Positions 1 through 11,175 are shown, numbered from the stretch's first letter. The stretch: 64,000 nt of DNA from Candidatus Poriferihabitaceae bacterium (GCA_965249835.1 CBDFMY010000003.1:358286-422285); one strand, 5' to 3'. The notes: a model not told the origin generated them from the letters alone. Translations and numbers: made by a program.

Positions 1-989
1 TCACCGGCCTGTATATGAAAAACTGGGAAGAGGACGACCACCAGGAATACTGCGCCGCCGCCGAAGACCTGGCCGATGCCGAGGAAGTTTGCAAACAACT
101 AGGCATTGAACTTCGCACCATTAATTTTTCCCACGAATACTGGACGCGCGTGTTCCAGTTATTTCTGGAAGAATACCGCAACGGCCGCACACCGAATCCG
201 GATGTGGTGTGCAACAAGGAAATCAAGTTCAAAGAATTCCTTGACTGGGCGATGCGACTTGGCGCCGATTACATCGCCACCGGTCATTACGCGCAACTCG
301 AACGGCGCGAACGCCGTTGTTTTTTGCGCAAGGGGCTCGATGAAAACAAAGATCAAAGTTACTTCCTGCACACCCTGGGGCAGGATGCGTTGCGCTTGTC
401 GAGTTTTCCCATCGGCGGAATGCGCAAGACGCAGGTGCGAAAAATTGCGCGGCAACTTGGCTTACCGACCCACGACAAAAAAGACAGCACCGGCATTTGC
501 TTTATCGGCGAACGACGCTTCACCGATTTTCTTGGTCGCTTTCTGCCGGCGCGCAAGGGTCGGTTGAAAACGCCGGAAGGCGAAACCGTGGGCGAACATC
601 AAGGCGCGTTTTATTACACCATCGGCCAGCGGCGCGGGCTGGGTGTCGGTGGGCGCGGCGAAGCCTGGTATGTCGCCGACAAAGACATCGTGCGCAACAT
701 TGTTTATGTGGTGCAGGGACACGACCACCCAGCTTTGCTAAAGCGCGTGGTGCTTGCCGAAGATTTGCATTGGATCGCCGAGGTGCCGCCGTCGGTGCCG
801 ACTCGTTGCGTCGCCAAAACCCGCTATCGACAGGACGATCAAAAGTGCGTAATCACGAGCATCAAATCAAACTATTCGCGCATTGAATTCGAACAACCGC
901 AATGGGCGGTCACCCCGGGCCAGTCCGTGGTGTTTTATCAGGGAGATATTTGTATCGGTGGCGGCATCATCCGCTCGGCTTCTAATTAG
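1..989 (+). CDS. mnmA: tRNA 2-thiouridine(34) synthase MnmA, 5'-truncated by the window edge
   Basis: The frame of ORF 15..989 stays open back to nt 3 (TGLYMKNWEEDD...). The translation is colinear with MnmA/TrmU (FMKNWEEDD, RTPNPDVVCNKEIKF, KDQSYFL, KKDSTGICFIGE). Confidence 0.9.
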   Translation, partial: TGLYMKNWEEDDHQEYCAAAEDLADAEEVCKQLGIELRTINFSHEYWTRVFQLFLEEYRNGRTPNPDVVCNKEIKFKEFLDWAMRLGADYIATGHYAQLERRERRCFLRKGLDENKDQSYFLHTLGQDALRLSSFPIGGMRKTQVRKIARQLGLPTHDKKDSTGICFIGERRFTDFLGRFLPARKGRLKTPEGETVGEHQGAFYYTIGQRRGLGVGGRGEAWYVADKDIVRNIVYVVQGHDHPALLKRVVLAEDLHWIAEVPPSVPTRCVAKTRYRQDDQKCVITSIKSNYSRIEFEQPQWAVTPGQSVVFYQGDICIGGGIIRSASN

Positions 990-1035
990 CGACACTTGAG
1001 GCAACCCAATGCCCCAGGCAATGTTTGTGATATGA

Positions 1036-3200
<2,165 letters not shown>

Positions 3201-3202
3201 TA

Positions 3203-4279
3203 ATGTATTCCATCCTGCGCCGCATTTTATTCGCAGCCGAAGCCGAGCGTGCGCACGACCTCAGCATGGCCGCGCTGGCGATGACATCACGCAGCAAAGC
3301 ACTGTGCGCGTTGCTTGCCCAATGCAACCGCACCCAACTCGCGGTGCCGCACAAAGTCATGGGCATCGAGTTTCCCAATCCGGTGGGGCTTGCCGCCGGC
3401 TTTGATAAACACGCACGCGCCGGCAACGCCCTGCACGCGCTCGGCTTCGGCTGGCTCGAACTCGGCACGGTCACGCCGTTGCCGCAACCGGGCAACCCCA
3501 AACCTCGCTTGTTTCGCCTCAACCAACACGATGCCCTCATCAATCGCATGGGCTTCAACAGCGGCGGACTTGAGCGCTTTTTGCAAAACATCGCGCACGC
3601 CGACCGGCGCATCATCAAGGGCATCAATATCGGAAAGAACGCCGCCACCGGCATGCGGCAGGCACTGCACGATTATCTCGCCGCACTGACCGCGGTGCAT
3701 GCCCAGGCCGATTATGTTGCCATCAACCTCTCCTCGCCCAACACGCCGAAGTTGCGCGAATTGCAACAGGCCGATGCCCTTGAACCGCTTCTTCGCGGCA
3801 TCAACCGCAAGCGGATGGCATTGGCCGACGCATCCGGACGGCGCGTGCCGCTGGTGTTAAAAATCGCTCCGGATTTGAACGACGAAGAGGTCGGCCACAT
3901 CGCCGAACTGTCGCGCAAACATCAAATCGACGGCATCGCGGCAACCAACACCACGCTGGCACGAAGCGGAGTGGAACACCACGCTCTTGCCGATGAACCG
4001 GGCGGCTTGAGTGGGCCGCCGCTGGCACCGCTTTCCACCGAAACCATCCGCCGACTGTTTCGCAATTTGCAGGGGGAAATCCCGATCATCGGTGTCGGTG
4101 GTATCGACTCCGCCGAGTGCGCATTGGAAAAATTTCAGGCCGGCGCGGAACTGGTGCAGTTGTATACCGGACTCATTTATCACGGGCCCAAACTGATTCG
4201 TGACATCATCAAACTTTTGCGCACCGAAATGAAAAGCGGGCAAACCATGCGCGGTTATCTGGATGAAATACGCCCTTGA
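3203..4279 (+). CDS. pyrD: dihydroorotate dehydrogenase (quinone), class 2
   Basis: Start taken at ATG 3203 (MYSILRRILF...). The upstream part of ORF 3083.. overlaps rluF and is Arg-rich noise. Motifs seen: GLAAGFDK, GFNSGG, INLSSPNTP, GGLSG. Confidence 0.9.
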   Translation: MYSILRRILFAAEAERAHDLSMAALAMTSRSKALCALLAQCNRTQLAVPHKVMGIEFPNPVGLAAGFDKHARAGNALHALGFGWLELGTVTPLPQPGNPKPRLFRLNQHDALINRMGFNSGGLERFLQNIAHADRRIIKGINIGKNAATGMRQALHDYLAALTAVHAQADYVAINLSSPNTPKLRELQQADALEPLLRGINRKRMALADASGRRVPLVLKIAPDLNDEEVGHIAELSRKHQIDGIAATNTTLARSGVEHHALADEPGGLSGPPLAPLSTETIRRLFRNLQGEIPIIGVGGIDSAECALEKFQAGAELVQLYTGLIYHGPKLIRDIIKLLRTEMKSGQTMRGYLDEIRP

Positions 4280-4308
4280 AAGAACATGTGAAACAACGCG
4301 GCGGCACG

Positions 4309-5220
4309 ATGACTTCCATTTCTTTCAACCGCAAGTTTGAATTTCGCTACGGCGCAATGAAGCGGTTGACGCCGCTGGTGCGGCGCGTGGTGGCGCGCAA
4401 TCCCGGCCCGTTCACTTTTCACGGCACTTCGACCTTTATCGTAGGCAATCGCAAGGTGGCGGTGATTGATCCGGGCCCGGCATTGCCGGAACACATTGAT
4501 GCCATCGTCAAGGGACTGGAAGGCGAGATCGTCAGCCACATCATCGCCACCCACGCCGACCATTCGCCGGGGTGTCGTCCGTTGCAGGAAAAAACCGGCG
4601 CGCCGACCTACGGCTTCGGGCCCCACGCCCTCCCCGCCGGCGCACCGGAAAGCGGCATTGACGACGGCATTGACCGCGAATTCGTTCCCGACCATCGGCT
4701 CGGCGATGGCGATGTCATCTCCGGATTGGACTGGCACTTGCGCGCCGTTCACACCCCGGGCCACTGCGCCAATCATTTATGCCTCGCCCTGCCCGAAGAG
4801 AACACTTTGTTTTGCGGCGACCAATTGATGGCATGGTCGACCACGGCAATCCTGCCGCCGGACGGCAACGTCGGCGACTACATCGCCAGCCTTGAGGCGT
4901 TGAAGCGGCGACCGGAAACCATCTATCGGCCCACCCACGGTGCCGCCATCGCTCCGCCCATGTGGCCGCGCCCCTACATCGGGCAAATCATCGCCCATCG
5001 GCGGCGGCGGATCGAAGAAGTGTTTGAGGCTGTCACCTCGGGGCTTGCAGACATCCCGGCCATGCGCGTGCGCATCTATCAGGGCCTCGACCCGGCACTG
5101 CACGGCGGCGCCGAACTTTCCATTCTCGGGTCGCTGCAGTTTCTGCTGGAGCAGGGACGGATTATCGAGAGCCGGGCGGCTTCCGAGGCGGCCGGTTCGG
5201 CGTTTCGCCCAGCCACCTGA
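4309..5220 (+). CDS. MBL-fold metallo-hydrolase
   Basis: Degenerate metal motif IIATHADHSPG, a later VHTPGHCANH, and an overall beta-lactamase-fold-like layout. ATG at 4309 is preferred; TTG at 4276 overlaps the pyrD stop. Confidence 0.65.
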   Translation: MTSISFNRKFEFRYGAMKRLTPLVRRVVARNPGPFTFHGTSTFIVGNRKVAVIDPGPALPEHIDAIVKGLEGEIVSHIIATHADHSPGCRPLQEKTGAPTYGFGPHALPAGAPESGIDDGIDREFVPDHRLGDGDVISGLDWHLRAVHTPGHCANHLCLALPEENTLFCGDQLMAWSTTAILPPDGNVGDYIASLEALKRRPETIYRPTHGAAIAPPMWPRPYIGQIIAHRRRRIEEVFEAVTSGLADIPAMRVRIYQGLDPALHGGAELSILGSLQFLLEQGRIIESRAASEAAGSAFRPAT

Positions 5221-6376
5221 CTTGCGTGCGGTTGCGATGATGACGAAACACGAAAGCCTGTCGCTGTTGCGCACGGTGCAGGATTCGCTCGAAGCGATTC
5301 AAAAGATAAATAGTAATGTCCACCATCGGCAATGAGCGCCACTCCCGCGGCCGAATCCATCGCAAATCGCTTAGTTCATCGGTGTCGGCCGGCACGCCGT
5401 GCACCGCGGATTGCGGCGCGACAAAAAACCGCGCATTAAAACGCAACGGCATGGAAACCGGCGTCACCGCTCGACCGACATATATCAGGGAACGCAAGCA
5501 GGGTTGCAAGCCGGCGGCTTTGATGGTGCGCCAGCCGTGGTCGTGGACATCGCCGACATGGCCGGGCGTGCCCAGCATGAGCCCGGTCTCCTCGACGGTT
5601 TCGCGGATGGCGGTTTTGGCAAGAGCGGCGGCTCTGGCGGGATTCCCGCGCACCCCCATCAAGTTCGCGCAGGAGTCGTGCAACTGCCCGGCCGCCGATG
5701 CATGGAAATCTTCCGGCTGCAACACGCCGCCGGGAAAAACATACATCCCCGGCATAAAGCGATTGGAATAAGCGCGCCGCCCGAGCAGCACTCGCGGGTC
5801 GCCGTCCATATCCCGCACCAGAATCAAACTGGCGGCATCGCGGATGGAGTTGTGTTGCGTGTCGTGTTGCATGGATGTCGCAACCCCCTTAATCTTGCAC
5901 TCGAACACGTAATCATCCATGACATATCCGCCGCCGATGTCGGTGACCACTTGCCCGGTGCGGGTGAAGCCGGTGCGTTCATAAACGGCGATGGCGACGG
6001 TGTTGTGTCGGTTGACCGTGAGGCGGATGGTAGCCAGCCCGCGTGCGCCGGCGAATTGCAGGATAAACGCCACCGCGCGCCGCCCGAGACCCTTGCCGCG
6101 CACCGATTTATCGAGATACAACTTACTCAAAAACAGCGTCTCGCGCTGGCGTTGCAGGCCGATATAACCCACCGCACGGTTTTCATACCGGATTAAAAAA
6201 TACCAGTAATCCTGGTGCGCGATTTGCTCGGAAATCGCCTCCGGCGACTGGAATTTATCGAGCATATACGCCACCTGCCCGGCACCGATGATGGGCGCAT
6301 AGTGGTCGCTCCAAATCTCCCGCGCAAGGCGGGCGACCGTTGCCACATTCCGTTTGGATGAAACTTCGACGAACAA
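5162..6376 (-). CDS. bifunctional-looking GNAT N-acetyltransferase / NUDIX hydrolase fusion
   Basis: Residues 1-165 have a GNAT core (LYLDKSVRGKGLGRRAV, VAIAVYERTGF). Residues ~180-400 have a NUDIX box (FPGGVLQPEDF...AIRETVEETGL). It is one uninterrupted 404-aa ORF. Confidence 0.75.
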   Translation of the reverse strand: MFVEVSSKRNVATVARLAREIWSDHYAPIIGAGQVAYMLDKFQSPEAISEQIAHQDYWYFLIRYENRAVGYIGLQRQRETLFLSKLYLDKSVRGKGLGRRAVAFILQFAGARGLATIRLTVNRHNTVAIAVYERTGFTRTGQVVTDIGGGYVMDDYVFECKIKGVATSMQHDTQHNSIRDAASLILVRDMDGDPRVLLGRRAYSNRFMPGMYVFPGGVLQPEDFHASAAGQLHDSCANLMGVRGNPARAAALAKTAIRETVEETGLMLGTPGHVGDVHDHGWRTIKAAGLQPCLRSLIYVGRAVTPVSMPLRFNARFFVAPQSAVHGVPADTDELSDLRWIRPREWRSLPMVDITIYLLNRFERILHRAQQRQAFVFRHHRNRTQVRWLGETPNRPPRKPPGSR

Positions 6377-6569
6377 ATAAAATAACCCTGCAATGACCCG
6401 GTAATGACATTAGGAACCGCGGATGACGCACAAACGACCCGGCCCCCAAAGGAACTATACTGGATTCGGCGACGGCGCGGGGTAGCCCTGACGCCGCGCT
6501 CACGAGCACCAAAACACCGCCGCCAAGCGATCTTCCGGCGGGAACTGGTGGGCCTATCCGAGGTCGCCG

Positions 6570-6632
6570 AAAATGAACGCCCATTGTGAACGCTTCAACC
6601 GCACCATTCAGGAGCTTGGATTCAACTCTTAA
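6570..6632 (+). pseudogene. 3' relic of an rve (integrase-core) transposase gene
   Basis: Frame 6585..6632 reads CERFNRTIQELGFNS*. The ERFNRTIQE motif recurs in the rve fragment at 63371..63568. Confidence 0.5.
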
Positions 6633-6810
6633 GTGCAACTTCACCGATGAAGGAAAGATGAGATGCGGTAGCATCTTGATTTTCCAGAATCAATATAAGG
6701 AGTTGCCATATGAAACGCTACACGCACCTCACCAGTGAGCAACGATACCTGATTTCCAATGGGTTGAAAGAAGGCTATTCACAACAAGCCATCGCCGCGA
6801 TTGTCGGCGG
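6618..6810 (+). mobile_element. IS30-family 5' remnant (left inverted repeat plus the first ~33 codons of the transposase)
   Basis: GGATTCAACTCTTAAGTGCAAC (6618-6639) matches the inverted end seen at 60915-60945. The ORF from 6710 reads MKRYTHLTSEQRYLISNGLKEGYSQQAIAAIVG (IS30 HTH N-terminus) and then loses similarity. Confidence 0.6.
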
Positions 6811-6849
6811 AGTATTTGACACCGAAACGCGAGCCAAGCGATCGATGTT

Positions 6850-6990
6850 GGTTGAGCTGTCTCCATCACCGCCGGGGGAGTTGATTTTGGTGGAATTGGT
6901 TATGTTGCCGTAAACGGTTGTTTCCGCTTGCGCCGCCACCGACGCCACCACCGCGGCGGATACCGCGGCTGCGATTAGTTTCTTGTTCAT
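6850..6990 (-). pseudogene. 5' fragment of a porin-like outer-membrane protein gene
   Basis: MNKKLIAAAVSAAVVASVAAQA/ETTVYGNI: a Sec signal peptide with an AQA cleavage site and a porin-like first strand. The reading frame runs into the IS30 remnant after ~45 codons. Confidence 0.4.
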
Positions 6991-6999
6991 GATTTACCT

Positions 7000-7335
7000 C
7001 TCGGTAAGTTGAACCTACCGAGTAGTAAATCGCGGCTACGCCGCTGAGTTTTTTAACTGGATTGCCCGGAACAAGCCGGGCAATGACGAATGAAAGGTAA
7101 CGATGAATTGAAAAGACAAAGGCGCGTTGAGACGCCAAAGCACATTGAGAAAAAAGCCCGGTTTCACCGGGCTCATTAACTACGAATAAACATTGCGCGC
7201 CGTATTTTTGTTGTCAGGCAAGGCGCGCGAGGAGCGAGGGAGGGAGCATACATTAAGTATGTGACTGACCGAGTGACGAAGCGCAACACCGCATGGCGAC
7301 AAAAAGGCAAGCGCAATGACGAGTGATAGGTAACC
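7000..7335. repeat. mosaic intergenic repeat block 1
   Basis: Contains the hairpin ATTGCCCGG-aacaag-CCGGGCAAT, the module gaaaagacaaaggcgcgttgagacgccaaag, the terminator-like aaaaaagcccggtttcaccgggct, and a family-A unit (caggcaaggcgcgcgaggagcgagg...gcatacattaagtatgtga...ggcaagcgcaat). All recur elsewhere in the window. Confidence 0.85.
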
Positions 7336-7381
7336 TTGATTTATGTATAATGGCAAATGAGCGGCAAATGAGAAATCCATT

Positions 7382-8563
7382 ATGACATCAACCAAAAAAT
7401 TAAATCCGTTTCAGCCTGGCTTTGGGAAACAACCGCCTTATTTAGCCGGTCGGGAAAGCCAGAAAACCGAACTTAAAAAGGTTTTGGCCGACTTGGAAGG
7501 TGGACGGTCTCCCGCTGCTACAATGGTTATGTATGGGCCGCGGGGCATGGGAAAAACAGCCATGCTGAGTTGGTTTAAAGGGGAAGTTCAAAGTGTTAGC
7601 ACAAAGGATAAACCAATACGTACAGTTTCGACGGTTCCGTCTGATTTATCTTCTCCGGCGGAGTTGTGGGATTATTTGTTACCACAGAAAGTATGGCAGA
7701 AATTTATTCCAAAGGCGATTAGTGGAGGATTCGCCGGAGTATCTGGTTCTCTTACCTGGGGGTCGCGTAATCCGGCTAAACAAACATTGCAAAAGAATCT
7801 AATCAAAGAATGTAAAAAACGACCCACGATATTTTTGATGGATGAAGCGCACAGGATGGATGCGGGGTTGTGTGCGGATTTGTTAAACATTGATCAAATG
7901 ACGCGAAATAAATCTCCCTTTTTGTTAATCCTTACTGGCACCCCCGATCTTCGCGATATATTATCCACGGTGAACGCTACTTTTGCTGAGCGTTCCAACA
8001 AGATAGGCCTTGGTCGTTTGGATGATCAGTCAACTGCGGACGCTATTGTCAAACCGTTAGACGAACATGGCATGACTATAACCGATAAAGCCCTTGCGAA
8101 AGTTGTTGAAAGCAGTCAGCAATTTCCTTACTTTATACAACAATGGGGCAGTTTTCTTTGGGACGCTGCAACTAGCGCAAATTTGACATGTTTGACTGAT
8201 CAGCATGTTGATGCTGTAGAATCCTTTGTCAATAACAAAAAGATAGAGCTTTATCGTGATCGTCTGGTTGAACTGTCTAAGGATGAAGATGTGTTGTCTG
8301 CCGCGCAGGTAATTGCAAAAGAGTTTAAGGATAAGCATCAGCATAGAACGGCTTATATTATTTCGGTAATTAAAGAAGCGTTGCCTGATGCATCAGCAAC
8401 TAATTTAGATGCAATAGACCTATTAGGAAAATTAACGCGGCATAATTTAATTTGGTGTCCGCCTGGAGCTTTATATGAACCAGGTATCCCCAGTTTGATG
8501 ACATTTATATTGGACGAGCAACAAAAGAACGTTCGGACGGATGCATTAGAGACGCCAAAGTAA
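7382..8563 (+). CDS. AAA/STAND-type ATPase (Arch_ATPase / AAA_16-like)
   Basis: NPFQPGFGKQPPYLAGRESQ lead-in, Walker A YGPRGMGKTAM, Walker B IFLMDEAH. Visibly lower GC than the flanks. Confidence 0.7.
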   Translation: MTSTKKLNPFQPGFGKQPPYLAGRESQKTELKKVLADLEGGRSPAATMVMYGPRGMGKTAMLSWFKGEVQSVSTKDKPIRTVSTVPSDLSSPAELWDYLLPQKVWQKFIPKAISGGFAGVSGSLTWGSRNPAKQTLQKNLIKECKKRPTIFLMDEAHRMDAGLCADLLNIDQMTRNKSPFLLILTGTPDLRDILSTVNATFAERSNKIGLGRLDDQSTADAIVKPLDEHGMTITDKALAKVVESSQQFPYFIQQWGSFLWDAATSANLTCLTDQHVDAVESFVNNKKIELYRDRLVELSKDEDVLSAAQVIAKEFKDKHQHRTAYIISVIKEALPDASATNLDAIDLLGKLTRHNLIWCPPGALYEPGIPSLMTFILDEQQKNVRTDALETPK

Positions 8564-8625
8564 CCGAGCCGGCTAACGCCGCCGCTTTAGGATTCCCGCT
8601 TGCAGCAAGGATGACGAAATAAGAG
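8551..8625. repeat. mosaic repeat fragment
   Basis: gagacgccaaagtaaccgag...gccgccgctttaggattcccgc...gatgacgaaataagagtcgtgattgc. The same modules occur at 11225-11270 and 11640-11760. Confidence 0.75.
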
Positions 8626-8710
8626 TCGTGATTGCCCGGTGCCGCCAACTTGTTGCCCGGCTTGACCAACTAATCCAGTTAATTAAACCCAGCGTAGCCG
8701 CTGGCATTAT

Positions 8711-9100
8711 TCACTCAGGCTCAACCTCAAAAACCGGCAGGCCGCTCATCGCTCTGATGAACTTCAACAACTGTTTTCGCATGCGCTCAGGCAACCGACG
8801 AAAATGGTGTAGCAAGGCTTTTTCCTCACGGCTCATCTTGATTTTCGGCTGACTGCCCGGCGGCGGTGTGTTTTGCGTGCAGTGTCGCTGCGGGAAAACG
8901 GTGCCGGTGGCCAGCCACTGAGGGTCTTGCTGCAATACGCCGGCGAGCGCGAAAAAATACTCCAGTTTGATGTTTTTGCTCAATCCATTCTCCCACTGAT
9001 TGACCGCTGAAGCCGACACGCGCAGCGACTTAGCCAAATCCGCCTGCGACAAACCCGCCATTTTGCGGGATGTACGAATTCTCTCTGCCAGGGTAGTCAT
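8711..9100 (-). CDS. XRE-family helix-turn-helix transcriptional regulator
   Basis: LAERIRTSRKMAGLSQADLAKSLRVSASAVNQWENG is a canonical HTH_3 motif. Divergent from the adhesin gene across an AT-rich 256-bp spacer. Confidence 0.85.
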   Translation of the reverse strand: MTTLAERIRTSRKMAGLSQADLAKSLRVSASAVNQWENGLSKNIKLEYFFALAGVLQQDPQWLATGTVFPQRHCTQNTPPPGSQPKIKMSREEKALLHHFRRLPERMRKQLLKFIRAMSGLPVFEVEPE

Positions 9101-9356
9101 GACAAATATACTGAATTTTTTTCATAAAGTATGCTTGATTTTATAAATTCAATCTGCTATCTTTCTGCCCGATTGGGAAATTAGTCGGTCTGATGGCGGG
9201 TGAATCGTGGGAATTCATACTGAATTCCTTAGGCTTTTCCTCCATTTTTCAACCTTTCCCTTGACCGTAGCCCCCTTGGCAAAGCCGCGAAAGCGGGTTT
9301 TCAGTGGGGTAACTCGTTGTTTTTTATCAATGTTATGAACAAGAGGAAACAGACAA

Positions 9357-11114
9357 ATGAATATTAATAGACACAATCGTGCTCGGAATAATCTGGGCAA
9401 AGCATTGGCGGCTTTCTTCGGATGCGTCGCCCTCGCCGTCGGGCTGGCAGTGCCGGCTTACGGGCAGACCGACCCTGCAGTAACCAGTCCTGAAAATTGC
9501 GTCACCGGACTTACTGATGGTCTGGCGGCGGTAACGACAGGAAATACGGGGACTGGCGGCACACCCGGTGTGAGCATCACCCCTTCGGGAGATGACCAGT
9601 CTTCGCTCGCCGCCGGTTGTAACGCGGCCGCTCAAACCGATGGCAGTGTCGCCCTCGGCCATGGCGCAACGGTGGACAATGCTCCTCGTATAGTGGTTAT
9701 TGAGGCCGAGGCTCCGGTCGCCACTGTGCCTGGGGTATTTGATGTCACGTTTAAAGACGTACTTTATGAGGGTGTGACCGGCGTTATCACAATTGGGGAA
9801 GATTCTGAAGTTACGTTAAATAACGGTGATAAGCTTACGATTACTTTCGACCCTGCAGACCCGCCAGTCCAGATCGTTACTGTCACTGCGCCGGTACCTG
9901 GGCGTGCTGCGATAGCGGAGGCGGTCAAGGCGGGGGGGACAGAATCCACCGCTGTTGGCGCGGAATCATATGTTCAAGGTGAAAAAAGTGTTGCTATTGG
10001 AGCAGGTGCAAGCGTTGCCCTCGAAGTGCCCGCCGAGGGTCCGGCCGCCACTGTGCCTGGGGTATTTGATGTCACGTTTAAAGACGTACTTTATGAGGGT
10101 GTGACCGGCGTTATCACAATTGGGGCAGATTCTGAAGTTACGTTAAATAACGGTGATAAGCTTACGATTACTTTCGACCCTGCAGACCCGCCAGTCCAGA
10201 TCGTTACTGTCACCGCGCCGGTACCTGGGACTCCAGGGGTAATGGCATCAACTAACCCAGTAAACTTTGGTACAGCCATCGGTGCTGATTCATCCGTCAC
10301 AGGCGACGGTGGCGTCGCCATCGGTGTCGGTGCTGAAGCCGGGGAAAACCAAATCAGGATTGGAGCGGATCATGCAAACGTGCAGATAGGGGATTACAAC
10401 TTGGGCACTATTCGGGACGCTACTGCGACCAACGTCGTCGACATCGGCACCAACGCTGACGGCATTGCGACCAACGTCGCCGACATCGGCACCAACGCTG
10501 ACGGCATTGCGACCAACGTCGTCGACATCGGCACCAACGCTGACGGCATTGCGACCAACGTCGCCGACATCGGCACCAACGCTGACGGCATTGCGACCAA
10601 CGTCGTCGACATCGGCACCAACGCTGACGGCATTGCGACCAACGTCGCCGACATCGGCACCAACGCTGACGGCATTGCGACCAACGTCGTCGACATCGGC
10701 ACCAACGCTGACGGCATTGCGACCAACGTCGCCGACATCGGCACCAACGCTGACGGCATTGCGACCAACGTCGTCGACATCGGCACCAACGCTGACGGCA
10801 TTGCGACCAACGTCGCCGACATCGGCACCAACGCTGACGGCATTGCGACCAACGTCGCCGACATCGGCACCAACGCCGATGATATTGAGACCAACACCGC
10901 CGGCATCGCCACCGCAGTCGCTTTGGCCGGTCTGCCGGTTTTCAAAGGCGGCACCGGTGGCTGGGGAATTGCGCTCGGCTCTTTTGAGGGCGAAACCGCG
11001 GTTGCCATCGGAGCAAACTACAACCTCAATCAAGGCAGCAGCCTGATCAGGTTCGGCATCTCCACTTCCAGCGGCGGAACCAGCGGCACCATTGGTTTCG
11101 GAAAGGGGTTTTAG
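9357..11114 (+). CDS. trimeric autotransporter adhesin (YadA-like: signal peptide, repetitive passenger, stalk repeats, C-terminal beta-anchor)
   Basis: N-terminal signal ...LAVPAYGQ. There are 11 stalk-like 14-aa repeats (ATNV[VA]DIGTNADGI). The C-terminus IATAVALAGLP...GWGIALGSFEGETAVAIGANYN...GTIGFGKGF resembles a YadA anchor and ends in F. Confidence 0.8.
   Translation: MNINRHNRARNNLGKALAAFFGCVALAVGLAVPAYGQTDPAVTSPENCVTGLTDGLAAVTTGNTGTGGTPGVSITPSGDDQSSLAAGCNAAAQTDGSVALGHGATVDNAPRIVVIEAEAPVATVPGVFDVTFKDVLYEGVTGVITIGEDSEVTLNNGDKLTITFDPADPPVQIVTVTAPVPGRAAIAEAVKAGGTESTAVGAESYVQGEKSVAIGAGASVALEVPAEGPAATVPGVFDVTFKDVLYEGVTGVITIGADSEVTLNNGDKLTITFDPADPPVQIVTVTAPVPGTPGVMASTNPVNFGTAIGADSSVTGDGGVAIGVGAEAGENQIRIGADHANVQIGDYNLGTIRDATATNVVDIGTNADGIATNVADIGTNADGIATNVVDIGTNADGIATNVADIGTNADGIATNVVDIGTNADGIATNVADIGTNADGIATNVVDIGTNADGIATNVADIGTNADGIATNVVDIGTNADGIATNVADIGTNADGIATNVADIGTNADDIETNTAGIATAVALAGLPVFKGGTGGWGIALGSFEGETAVAIGANYNLNQGSSLIRFGISTSSGGTSGTIGFGKGF
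9720..10229 (+). repeat. two 183-bp near-identical direct repeats inside the adhesin gene (9720-9902 and 10047-10229)
   Basis: The copies are offset by 327 bp, so they stay in frame. I found only 2 differences (gaagat/gcagat, cactgcg/caccgcg). Each encodes ATVPGVFDVTFKDVLYEGVTGVITIG.DSEVTLNNGDKLTITFDPADPPVQIVTVTAPVPG. Confidence 0.9.
10425..10886 (+). repeat. 11 x 42-bp in-frame tandem repeat (alternating GTC/GCC variant gives an 84-bp super-unit)
   Basis: The unit gcgaccaacgtcg[t/c]cgacatcggcaccaacgctgacggcatt is repeated head to tail. The first 10 units are otherwise identical and the 11th is degenerate at its 3' end. Confidence 0.95.
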
Positions 11115-11137
11115 TCGGTTTTTGTTTCCTCTTGTGC

Positions 11138-11175
11138 CCGTGGCCCGGTAATCACACCGGGCCACGGTTACGTTT
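11138..11175 (+). terminator. stem-loop downstream of the adhesin gene (putative terminator)
   Basis: A 12-bp perfect stem ccgtggcccggt / accgggccacgg with a 6-nt loop, followed by ttacgttt (a weak U-tract). Confidence 0.5.

Noticed and set aside
9720-10229. Two 183-bp near-identical copies considered as a template/variable repeat pair of a diversity-generating retroelement.
   Set aside because: There is no reverse transcriptase or accessory gene in the vicinity. Both copies are inside the same coding frame. The two mismatches I found (A/C and T/C) are not the adenine-specific pattern expected.
10425-10886. A regular 42-bp tandem array that could superficially resemble a CRISPR array.
   Set aside because: The units are contiguous with no unique spacers. 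They are in frame within a 585-aa ORF and encode a YadA-stalk-like 14-aa repeat. No cas genes are nearby.
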